In this document: positions 23,890 to 33,245 of the stretch, piece after piece
Layout of the letters: every line of letters starts with the position of its first letter
Numbering within the stretch: the stretch's first letter is position 1
Assembly: GCF_025526975.1 (NCBI RefSeq)
Contig: NW_026515685.1
Span: 558,001-591,245, forward strand
From: Fimicolochytrium jonesii
Taxonomy: Eukaryota
Direction: 5' to 3'
DNA: 33,245 nucleotides
Notes under the pieces: generated by a model
Databases searched by the model: none
What the model was told of the DNA's origin: nothing
Seen by the model: only the letters and a program-made list of their open reading frames with translations
Translations under genes and position numbers: made by a program

Positions 23890-25484
23890 ACTTAGCAGTA
23901 GTCGGCAGAGGAAGCAGATGACTGAGAGAACTCTATGTAGTGTGCAGTGCTGTACTGTGAAGTATGTATTGTCTTGTGTAGAAAAGTCTAAAGTGTAAAG
24001 AGGACGCGAGGTCCGAAGGGGAAGAAAAGAGTGAAGTCCCGTACGCGGAAGCGTGGCGTAAGCGGGAGGGGAGTCACGTGAGGAAATAAACTACGGGAAC
24101 CCTAACTGGGGACTCGGGAGGATGATACCTCCAACACCCCCACTCAAACTCACGAGTCTATCTAAGTGAAAAATAAAACAAACAATGAGTACAATGGTGC
24201 GGCCGTACGCGAAAAGCGGGCGGTCGGGGGGATGAACAGCTATGACTAAGAATGAAAGAAATGAAAGAGTAAAATGAAAGAAGAGGGAAACGCCGCGAGT
24301 ATAAAACAAGAGACAGCTGTCAGTCGCCCCAGAGAGGTCAGACCAACGTTCCCCATACTCAACTACCGTATCCCAGACTACCACACGATACGCGAAACAA
24401 TGCAAATGGAGGCAAGAACGGCGGGAGTGGCAAGAAGAGCGGCGACGGCAAGAAGAAGCAAACGGCCCGTATGACGGGAGCGCCCGCAGCCCCTCCAGCT
24501 GCACCTCCTCCGGGACCCTCACGTCCGACTACGCGCTCTACGCGCGCATCGTCCGCGGCGTCCGCAAGCGACTCTTCGAGGTCGAAACCCCGAGTTAGAG
24601 AAGCTCTTCGATTGGCGACGGAGGTATCGACGTTGAGGTACCGCAAGGATAACCATGAGAACCTCGCGAAGCACCTGGCGTTTACGAAGGGGAAACTGGA
24701 TCAATCGAAGCGGAAGAAGGGGTCGTTCGAGGCATTGATGGAGGAGGCAGACTACTTTGGATGTAAGGCAGTCTCGGAGTCGCAATATAAGGCAACAGGC
24801 GGCATCTCGAAAGAAAAGATGAAAGAGACAAAGCGCTGCAGTGATGCGGCCGAGAGACGGGAGCGAGACAAGATGATGAAGCGACTCCAGTACTTGCGAA
24901 CGCACATGGATGACTCGTCTTCGAGTGAGGATGGAGACGGTGACGGAGGAGGCGGGGGAGGTGGTCCAGGGGGTCCGCCTGGTGGAGGCGGAGCCGGAGC
25001 CAATGGAGCCCTTGGTGCCGGGGCAGCGGCGGCTATCACGGTGGCGGGTTAAGGTGCTGAAGTTGTAGATAGTGCCCAGAAGCCGTCCCGGTATGGGTGT
25101 TCCGTGTGTCTCATTCGGACGTAGTCGTCTCCAGCTGTCTGTTGCTAGCGACACGTCCTTCTTGAATTGCTTGAATAAATTTCGTATGTGTCTCGGGAGG
25201 AAAGGGCTTTGTAAAGTAATCAGCCAGTTGTTCCTGCGTCGCGGTGTTGAGGAGTACGACGTCTTTCTTCGCCACGGCGTTGCGTAGCTTGTGGTAGCGT
25301 ACGTTGATGTGTTTGGAGCGTTGAGTAATAGCCGTGGAGTTGGCAATCTCGCGAGCGCTCTGATTGTCGATATGGAGTGGCGTGGGGTCCTTGATGTTGG
25401 CGTATTTGTCGCCGAAGACCTCTGCGATGACCGAGCGGAGCCAGATGACCTTGTTGTAACCGAGGGATGCGGCGATATACTCAG
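23890..25484 (-). mobile_element. 3' part of a Ty1/copia element (RNase H end, 3' region, polypurine tract, 3' LTR 23890-24136)
   Basis: Minus frame 25111-25482 reads EYIAASLG...IDNQSAREIA...RSKHINVRYHKLR...EQLADYFTKPF, the copia RNase H motifs. PPT TTTGAGTGGGGG lies directly before TGTTGG at 24136. Confidence 0.9.
24471..25052 (+). CDS. Antisense ORF of unknown function (193 aa) in the copia 3' region
   Basis: Open ATG-to-TAA frame between the RNase H stop (25111) and the PPT (24137), with a Pro/Ser-rich start, a charged helical middle and a Gly-rich tail. Confidence 0.5.
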   Translation: MTGAPAAPPAAPPPGPSRPTTRSTRASSAASASDSSRSKPRVREALRLATEVSTLRYRKDNHENLAKHLAFTKGKLDQSKRKKGSFEALMEEADYFGCKAVSESQYKATGGISKEKMKETKRCSDAAERRERDKMMKRLQYLRTHMDDSSSSEDGDGDGGGGGGGPGGPPGGGGAGANGALGAGAAAAITVAG

Positions 25485-26891
25485 TGTTATGAATGGGCGG
25501 AGCCGACGGAAATAGAGGCTACTTGTGGTGCAGGTTGTTGACAGGTAATGGTATTCAGACCGAAACAAGAACTAGAACAAGACTAGAAAGAACTGGTGTT
25601 GATCTGCTGGGGGATCAGGAAGTGGGGAGCTCAGGGGAGGCGGCTATTTATGTTTTTCTGGGAAGGCTGGGGAAGCGTGGGGAAGCAGAAGGGTACGGAA
25701 TGAGAGGGAAGCCAAGAGAAGCGCCAAGGGTGGGGAAGCATAGAAACAGAAGACTGGGGATGGGGTGGCTACGCTGAGGCTGTGGGCGGGTACGTGGGGA
25801 AGTATGGAGAAGGGTTTGTAAGCGCCGAGTGTTGGGAGGTGTGGCTACGTGCGGCTGCGTGGAGAAATGAAGGCAGTGGCAGGTGTGGGGTAGCGCGGCT
25901 GCGTGCGGCTGCGAGGTTTGGCAGATGTCTGGTTTTGACAGGGAATTGACATTGACTGACTGTTGGGATGCTGTCATGAGGTAAGCGCATGGTATGGACG
26001 CGTCGTCCATAACATCACCCCCTCCTTTAGCCACGGCGTCCGGATGTTGTTTTGATGTTGGCAGGCTTTGGTCGGGGTTTGTCGGGGTACTTTTGGTGGA
26101 ACTGGGCAACAAGCTCTTGACAGCGGGCAAGGTGTTCCACTGGCTCCCATGTGTTCTCCGAGCTTGGCCAACCCTGCCACTTGATGAGGTACTGAAGGTG
26201 CGTGCGTCGAATACGGGAGTCAAGAATGTCTTCCACAATCCATTCCTCCTGTCCTTCGACTTCTTCTGGTGGGGTGGGTTCTGGCTCAGTTTGCTCCGGA
26301 ATGGTGAAACGTGGTTCAAGAAGGGAGACATGGAAGACGTTGTGAATTTTGTAGGATGGGGGAAGCTTGAGGCGATATGTGACCGAGTTGATCTTCTCCG
26401 TGATTGTGAAGGGGCCAATCTTACGGTGATCAAGTTTCTGGGAAGGTCGGAGAGTCTTGAGATTCCGCTGTAAGAGCCAGACACTGTCCCCGGGTTTCAT
26501 GTCTGGGCCAGGTGCCCTCTTAGGATCGGCAAAGCGCTTCATGCGTCCTTGGGCCTCCTTGAGCTCAGTGGCAAGCTGTTCATGGATTTCCTTGAGATGG
26601 TTGGCACGAGCTTCGGCTGCAGGATTAAGGGATTCGGTTGTGGTGGCGGAAGCCAGACTGAATCGAGGATGGAACCCATAGTTGGCGTAGAAGGGGGTTG
26701 TCTGGGTGGCGGAGTGGATGGTGTTATTGTAAGAGAACTCAGCAGAAGACAAGAGTTCCTTCCAGTTATCTTGTTGATAGTTGCAAAAGCAGCGAAGGTA
26801 TTGCTCAAGAATCTGATTGGTCCGCTCGGTTTGTCCATCGCTCTGGGGATGGAACGCCGATGAGAGGTTGACCTTGGTTCCCAGGAGAGCG
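25485..26891 (-). mobile_element. 3' part of a Ty3/gypsy chromovirus, truncated by telomere repeats; 3' LTR 25485-26014
   Basis: LTR bounded by the perfect inverted repeat TGTTATG...CATAACA; PPT AAAGGAGGGGGTGA; inserted into the copia RNase H. Confidence 0.92.
26027..26891 (-). pseudogene. Integrase C-terminal part plus chromodomain (5'-truncated pol)
   Basis: SSAFHPQSDGQTERTNQILEQYLR; AEFSYNN...TPFYANYGFHP; GPF...HNVFHVSLL; chromodomain WIVEDILDSR...YLIKWQGWPSSENTWEP. Confidence 0.93.
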
Positions 26892-29588
26892 AGGGTTAGG
26901 GTTAGGGTTAGGGTTAGGGTTAGGGTTAGGGTTAGGGTTACAAGACCCCCTGGGTTGGGTTTTATTATTGGGTTGCCTTGAACCCTAGGGACTTAGAAAT
27001 TTTCGAGTTTTCTGGCTTTTGGGTGTGTTCTACAGTTCGAATTTTTGACTCTGAGGGATGTAGTGGCGGGGGGTGTTGCGCACCTAGGCAAGTCGGGGAG
27101 GACTAGGTGTGCAAGGGCAAGTGATGGGTCATATGGGCGGTGGTGCGGGTACGGGGGGCGGCAGGGGTGCCAATAGGGGGGGGGGGTTTGATATAAAGGG
27201 GACATATATGTTATATATACGTTATAGGACTTGTGCAAATTGGGATTCTTATAGTGCCGATCCGGAGTTGGCGTCCTAATTGAAAAGTTGGACCCATATC
27301 ATATTCTCTAATTGAAGTACTCTCGGATTGGGTTAGGGTTAGGGTTAGGGTTAGGGTTAGGGTTACAGGACTGTTCCCGGTTATGGGTTATTTTTGGCCA
27401 TCCAAAAAGTGTCAAACAAAGTTGCTAGCAATGTTCAGGGGCATCTTACTGTAATGTGCTTCAAATTTTGGGGCATGTTTTCCACTCAATGCCCCGGGAA
27501 AATCTGTTTTTCCGATTTTTTACTATGAAAATATTGCCAAAATGCATTTTCTGAAACTCTGAGTGGATGGATTCCGCTTAAAGTGGAATATGTCTCGGAA
27601 AACATCCCCAAAAACATCTAGGAACCTTCATCTACTCTAGTATTCATCAACTCCTGGGTTAGGGTTAGGGTTACAGGACTGTTCCCGGTTATGGGTTATT
27701 TTTGGCCATCCAAAAAGTGTCAAATAAAGTTGCTAGCAATGTTCAGGGGCATCTTACAGTAATGTGCCTCAAATTTTGGGGCATGTTTTCCACTCAATGC
27801 CCCAGGAAAATCTGTTTTTCCGATTTTTTACCATGAAAATATTGCCAAAATGCATTTTCTGAAACTCTGAGTGGATGGATTTCGCTTAAAGTGAGATATG
27901 TCTCAGAAAACATCCCAAAAACATCTAGGAACCTTCATCTACTCTAGTATTCATCAACTCCTGGTACTTTTTGTTTCCAGGCAATATGGGGGTGTTCTCC
28001 AGTTGGCAGCAAATGACCCATTTTGGTTTGCTCTCAATTTGCTCCATGTTCAAATCCTTTTAAGGCCCAAATACTTTCTTTTCTTCCATTGCTCCTCCTG
28101 TTGGTGGAGGATGGCAAATGCCTTTTTGCATTGCAATACATGGATATGACAGGGTGTTTGTCAACCAGCAAATCATGCAAAAAGCATGCAGTGCATGTCT
28201 ATTTGCATGCCCTATGTCATCCGTACCACCTTGGACACCCAAGGAAAGGTATGCGGACTCAAAAGAAAATATACTTACGGAAGTGGAACCAGGGAGATTC
28301 AATGACTATTTAACGAGCTATGGCACACGTAAGTTCCCAGGAGTGGGACTTAGCACAATTTGAGAAAACATATCAGAGGAACTGGAGAACACACTCTTAG
28401 GGTTAGGGTTACAAGACCCCCTGGGTTGGGTTTTATTTTTGGGTTGCCTGGAACCCTAGGGACTTAGAAATTTTCGAGTTTTTTGGCTTTTGGGTGTGTT
28501 CTACAGTTCAAATTCTTTTAGGGTTAGGGTTAGGGTTAGGGTTAGGGTTACAAGACCCCCTGGGTTGGGTTTTATTATTGGGTTGCCTGGAACCCTAGGG
28601 ACTTAGAAATTTTCGAGTTTTCTGGCTTTTGGGTGTGTTCTACAGTTCGAATTTTTGACTCTGAGGGATGTAGTGGCGGGGGGGTGTTGCGCACCTAGGC
28701 AAGTCGGGGAGGACTAGGTGTGCAAGGGCAAGTGATGGGTCATATGGGCGGTGGTGCGGGTACGGGGGGCGGCAGGGGTGCCAATAGGGGGGGGGGGGGG
28801 TTGATGTAAAGGGGACATATATGTTATATATACGTTATAGGACTTGTGCAAATTGGGATTCTTATAGTGCCGATCCGGAGTTGGCGTCCTAATTGAAAAG
28901 TTGGACCCATATCATATTCTCTAATTGAAGTACTCTCGGATTGGCAATCCGTGCGGAAACGGCTTCAGAAACTTAGAAAAACGAAATTTTCACGCGACGG
29001 GGGGTAAAAAGTTGGAAAATGTGGTGATATCTCAACATCTGGCTGACTATCCAGTGTAGGGCACTTAATGAAAGTTGATTGTAGCCTATGGTTTGCATAG
29101 CTGATGTGGTAGCAAATCTTGTGTAACCTTGCTTTTGGCTGAAGAACAGGGCCCCTTTTCAATTCTCAAGTAGTGACCCCCAAGACCTCCTAACAAAAGA
29201 CACGAGTACGTATGTGCAGGCAAAGGGGTTTGGCTGTGTTCTCCAGTAAACATTTTGTGATTCCGCTGTGCATCGTAGACTGTTTGTAGGACCGTTGCGG
29301 AATGTCATTTACCAAAACTGTTAAACATTTTCCGTTTAAAGCAGTGTTCTACAGTTTGTCCATGCAGGTTAGAGCACGTGACCTGGGCTTGCTTGCAGGG
29401 TACGCAGAGTGAGAGGGTTGGGGTTAGAGATTTCCCAGATCACTTATTAAATTCAGCCAAACTGTCTCTGTCATGGAACATTTAAAATGGTGGAAAGTAG
29501 TATTGCATTTATTGATTTAGAGTACATTGGAAAAGCGCACATTCAGAAAAGGGTTTTGGTGTAAAGTTATCAACGACATTCAACAGTA

Positions 29589-30962
29589 CTAAAGGACTTC
29601 CGCAAGCATGTCACGGACTTGGTTCTGTCCAAAAGTCGTACGGCACTCAGGGTACCTGGCGCAGCGGAGACGGAAACGATGCTGACCGCCAATGCTATGA
29701 AAAGCTGAGCCTCCACAGTTGGGACATTGAAGCTGATCACGATGCTGATGGAAGAGTTCACGGATATTGCCAATGGGAGCAGCATCAGGCACTTCCCCAT
29801 CCCCATGACCCCACCAAGCACGAGCAGGATCAATGACGGGTGCAATGCCTTTGAACCATCCGGGATTGAAACCAAAAGAGTTGAGAACATCTCGGAAGCG
29901 CTGACAGTCTGTCACAGTAGTCTGTCTATTGCGATCTCCTCTGAATAGAACTCTGGTGGCAGCGTCCATGATGCCATTGATGAGACTGTAGTACTCTTCC
30001 ACCGGCACAAGCTTCAAGGAGTTTGCGCCCATGTGCTGGAAAATGGTCTCGATCTGGTCCAAATGGAGATTCAAAACCATCTGTTCTGCTGATTCCAACC
30101 TGGCGCACTGAACTCGCACTTCAACTCGCATGCCAGTAATGTGGAGCGGGTGACTGTTGAGCCATTGACGTAAACCTCTCAGTGTCTCACTGCGATCCCC
30201 AATGCTGGACTTGGTTTGGGGCATTCGCGAAGACAAAGTCGAAGAAGAGGCTTTGAGCGCATGAACAAGCTTTGGGTAGCAAGTAACCCGAACATTGGCG
30301 TGACCCGCAATGTCAAAGCGGGTGGACCCAAATCCCTCACCAAGGATGGTGAGCATGGGAAAGGTGGCGCCAACTCCACGTCCATTGTAGCGAACCAAAG
30401 GAATGACCCCATGAGTGTTCAACGTCTGACCAATGTCCCATGTGTTCAGTGCAGCATCGGGATGGTTGCTCACTTCCTGATCAAAGGAATAAGCTGGCAA
30501 AGTCCGAATGCGTTGCTTCATTCCATACTGCACAATGCGTACAGAGGGTGACACAGCACCAATGATGTCCTGGAACCCAGACATCAACAGATTTTGCCGC
30601 CCAGCAATCAATCGTGAGTGATCCGTGCTTTCCCTCACGATGATCGAATGTTCATTGTGAAGTAACTCAAGAATCCTTGCCTTTGACTCTGGATTGAATG
30701 GAATGCTAATGACACAAGGTCTGCTAGCGATCCGCATCCAACCGGCGAAAGCTTCACTGTCCTTGATATGCTGCATCACTCCAGACAGTTCAACCAAGGT
30801 GAAGGCACCAAAGAGGGTGGTCAGCTTTGTGGTAGGGAGCGTAAAGGCCATCCAGTCCACATCAAAGTAGCCAGTACTGCGAAAGACCCCAAACTGCTCA
30901 TCCTGAGGGGCAGGAGAGTGATGGTGTTCCTCATCTGAAGAGCTTGAGCGAGAAGTTGGCAA
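29589..30962 (-). CDS. Unknown protein with a C-terminal C4 zinc ribbon, within the longest A unit; possibly 5'-truncated
   Basis: 457 codons without a stop or obvious intron; CPNC...RLRCARYPEC; AATAAA on the minus strand at about 29508-29513. The frame opens immediately at the telomere junction with a non-ATG codon. Confidence 0.75.
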   Translation of the reverse strand: MPTSRSSSSDEEHHHSPAPQDEQFGVFRSTGYFDVDWMAFTLPTTKLTTLFGAFTLVELSGVMQHIKDSEAFAGWMRIASRPCVISIPFNPESKARILELLHNEHSIIVRESTDHSRLIAGRQNLLMSGFQDIIGAVSPSVRIVQYGMKQRIRTLPAYSFDQEVSNHPDAALNTWDIGQTLNTHGVIPLVRYNGRGVGATFPMLTILGEGFGSTRFDIAGHANVRVTCYPKLVHALKASSSTLSSRMPQTKSSIGDRSETLRGLRQWLNSHPLHITGMRVEVRVQCARLESAEQMVLNLHLDQIETIFQHMGANSLKLVPVEEYYSLINGIMDAATRVLFRGDRNRQTTVTDCQRFRDVLNSFGFNPGWFKGIAPVIDPARAWWGHGDGEVPDAAPIGNIRELFHQHRDQLQCPNCGGSAFHSIGGQHRFRLRCARYPECRTTFGQNQVRDMLAEVL

Positions 30963-30965
30963 CTC

Positions 30966-31014
30966 TTAGGGGTTAGGGTTAGGGTTAGGGTTAGGGTTAG
31001 GGTTAGGGTTAGGG

Positions 31015-31055
<41 letters not shown>

Positions 31056-31116
31056 GGTTAGGGTTAGGGTTAGGGGTTAGGGTTAGGGTTAGGGTTAGGG
31101 TTAGGGTTTAGGGTTA
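30966..31116 (+). repeat. Internal telomeric (TTAGGG)n tract
   Basis: About 150 bp with occasional TTAGGGG and TTTAGGG variants. Shorter tracts lie at 26892-26940, 27330-27365, 27656-27673, 28397-28411, 28518-28550, 31894-31947 and 32519-32556. Confidence 0.98.
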
Positions 31117-31468
31117 CAGGACTGTTCCCGGTTATGGGTTATTTTTGGCCATCCAAAAAGTGTCAAATAAAGTTGCTAGCAATGTTCAGGGGCATCTTAC
31201 TGTAATGTGCTTCAAATCTTGGGGCATGTTTTCCACTCAATGCCCCGGGAAAATCTGTTTTTCCGATTTTTTACTATGAAAATATTGCCAAAATGCATTT
31301 TCTGAAACTCTGAGTGGATGGATTTCGCTTAAAGTGAGATATGTCTCAGAAAACATCCCCAAAAACATCTAGGAACCTTCATCTACTCTAGTATTCATCA
31401 ACTCCTGGCACTTTTTGTTTCCAGGCAATATGGGGGTGTTCTCCAGTTGGCGGCGAATGACTCATTTT

Positions 31469-31893
31469 TGCTATGATCTCGGGGACGGAGGCGGAAGCGA
31501 AGTAGAGAAGACAGGGCGAGAGTGATAGGCGACAAGAGATTTTATTGGCAAAACAAGAAACAAGGACTAGAACAGGAGATGAGAAGAACTGGTGTTGATC
31601 TGCTGGGGAGGAAGGGAACGGACAAAGAGAGGCCGGCTATTTATAGATAGGCAACCCAGCAGATCAGAGAACTACAACAACAAGAGGGGACTGGGGGGGC
31701 ATCAGCTATGCTCCTAGAGCGTGCGTGGCGAGCGTAGAGAGCATTGCTACAGCTGCTGGCTATGGGGAAGTAGTGGGGGGTGTGGAGAAGCCGAGGGGGG
31801 GATTGGCGAAATGAGAGGAGAGAGGAGGAGTGGCGATATTGCAAGAGGATTGGCAAAATGAGAGGAGAGAGGGGGAGTGGCATTGACATTGAC
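31469..31893 (-). repeat. Gypsy-type LTR inserted in a B unit and truncated by telomere repeats
   Basis: Starts TGCTATGATCTC, matches 23537-23889, and ends ATTGACATTGAC (also present in the 25485 LTR) before AGGGTAGGGTTAGGG. Confidence 0.8.
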
Positions 31894-32809
31894 AGGGTAG
31901 GGTTAGGGTTAGGGTTAGGGTTAGGGTTAGGGTTAGGGTTAGGGTTACAAGACCCCCTGGGTTGGGTTTTATTATTGGGTTGCCTGGAACCCTAGGGACT
32001 TAGAAATTTTCGAGTTTTCTGGCTTTTGGGTGTGTTCTACAGTTCGAATTTTTGACTCTGAGGGAGGTAGTGGCGGGGGGTATTGCGCACCTAGGCAAGT
32101 CGGGGAGGACTAGGTGTGCAAGGGCAAGTGATGGGTCATATGGGCGGTGGTGCGGGTACGGGGGGGGGGGGTTGATATAAAGGGGACATATATGTTATAT
32201 ATACGTTATAGGACTTGTGCAAATTGGGATTTTTCTAGTGCCGATCCGGAGTTGGCGTCCTAATTGAAAAGTTGGCCCCATATCATATTCTCTAATTGAA
32301 GTACTCTCGGATTGGCAATCCGTGCGGAAACGGCTTCAGAAACTTAGAAAAACGAAATTTTCACGCGACGGGGGGTAAAAAGTTGGAAAATGTGGTGATA
32401 TCTCAACATCTGGCTGACTATCCAGTGTAGGGCACTTAATGAAAGTTGATTGTAGCCTATGGTTTGCATAGCTGATGTGGTAGCAAATCTTGTGTAACCT
32501 TGCTTTTGGCTGAAGAACAGGGTTAGGGTTAGGGGTTAGGGTTAGGGTTAGGGTTACAGGACTGTTCCCGGTTATGGGTTATTTTTGGCCATCCAAAAAG
32601 TGTCAAATAAAGTTGCTAGCAATGTTCAGGGGCATCTTACTGTAATGTGCTTCAAATCTTGGGGCATGTTTTCCACTCAATGCCCCGGGAAAATCTGTTT
32701 TTCCGATTTTTTACTATGAAAATATTGCCAAAATGCATTTTCTGAAACTCTGAGTGGATGGATTTCGCTTAAAGTGAGATATGTCTCAGAAAACATCCCC
32801 AAAAACATC

Positions 32810-32985
32810 TTAGGGTTAGGGTTAGGTTAGGGTTAGGGTTAGGGTTAGGGTTAGGGTTAGGGTTAGGGTTAGGGTTAGGGTTAGGGTTAGGGTTAGGGTA
32901 AGGGTTAGGGTTAGGGTTAGGGTTAGGGTTAGGGTTAGGGTTAGGGTTAGGGTTAGGGTTAGGGTTAGGGTTAGGGTTAGGGTTA
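32810..32985 (+). repeat. Internal telomeric (TTAGGG)n tract
   Basis: About 175 bp of TTAGGG with rare variants. Confidence 0.98.
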
Positions 32986-33037
32986 CAAGACCCCCTGGGT
33001 TGGGTTTTATTTTTGGGTTGCCTGGAACCCTAGGGAC

Positions 33038-33245
33038 TTAGGGTAGGGTTAGGGTTAGGGTTAGGGTTAGGGTTAGGGTTAGGGTTAGGGTTAGGGTTTG
33101 GGGTTAGGGTTAGGGTTAGGGTTAGGGTTAGGGTTAGGGTTAGGGTTAGGGCTAGGGTTAGGGTTAGGGTTAGGGTTAGGGTTAGGGTTAGGGTTAGGGT
33201 TAGGGTTAGGGTTAGGGTTAGGGTTAGGGTTAGGGTTAGGGTTAG
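33038..33245 (+). repeat. Terminal telomere (TTAGGG)n
   Basis: G-rich strand running to the end of the sequence, the orientation expected at a right chromosome end. Confidence 0.95.

Larger units (their letters stand above)
26892..33040 (-). mobile_element. Terminal array of nine variably truncated units (families A and B) separated by TTAGGG tracts; putative telomere-targeted retroelements
   Basis: A units start CAAGACCCCCTGGG at 26941, 28412, 28551, 31948 and 32986 (about 390, 105, 2415, 570 and 50 bp). B units start CAGGACTGTTCCCGG at 27366, 27674, 31117 and 32557 (about 290, 720, 350 and 255 bp). Each follows ...GGGTTA. No RT is present in the window, so the mechanism is inferred. Confidence 0.7.

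Noticed and set aside
24519..25568. 349-aa minus-strand ORF in the supplied track
   Set aside because: It is a shadow frame crossing an LTR junction; the real coding signal is the copia RNase H in another minus frame.
27898..28363. Short ORFs in the longest B unit
   Set aside because: All are under 100 aa, overlap in several frames and carry no motif.
26941..29588. Hammerhead ribozyme in A/B units, as expected for Penelope-like elements
   Set aside because: By eye I found no CTGANGA...GAAA core with flanking stems on either strand; CTGAAGA near 29139 lacks a following GAAA. A covariance-model search is still worthwhile.
26892..33245. CRISPR-like repeat-spacer array
   Set aside because: The repeats are variable-length telomere tracts, the intervening units are themselves repeated and 50-2400 bp long, there are no cas genes, and the context is eukaryotic.

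Overview
Right-hand end of a fungal chromosome: short GT-AG introns (about 55-120 bp) and a terminal (TTAGGG)n tract. The taxon cannot be fixed from sequence alone. From centromere to telomere it contains: (1) housekeeping genes on the minus strand (5' part of an RNF216/TRIAD3-like ubiquitin ligase, an otubain deubiquitinase, Cdc42); (2) a dityrosine/isocyanide-type cluster with a Dit1/PvcA isocyanide synthase fused in frame to a Dtr1-like DHA1 MFS transporter, a divergently transcribed DHA2 MFS and a Dit2/CYP56-like P450; (3) a truncated LTR retrotransposon; (4) a spliced, apparently intact GmrSD/SspE-like gene (DUF262 plus DUF1524 HNH nuclease, normally a prokaryotic anti-phage architecture) next to a degenerate histone H3-like sequence, bracketed by three copies of a 44-61 bp repeat; (5) nested copia and chromovirus remnants cut off by telomere repeats; (6) a 6.3 kb terminal array in which nine copies of two sequence families (A, B) alternate with TTAGGG tracts. 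Copies of each family share one fixed end and are variably truncated at the other, the pattern expected of telomere-targeted retroelements. The longest copy carries an unknown zinc-finger ORF. All family assignments come from motifs read by eye; no database searches were run.
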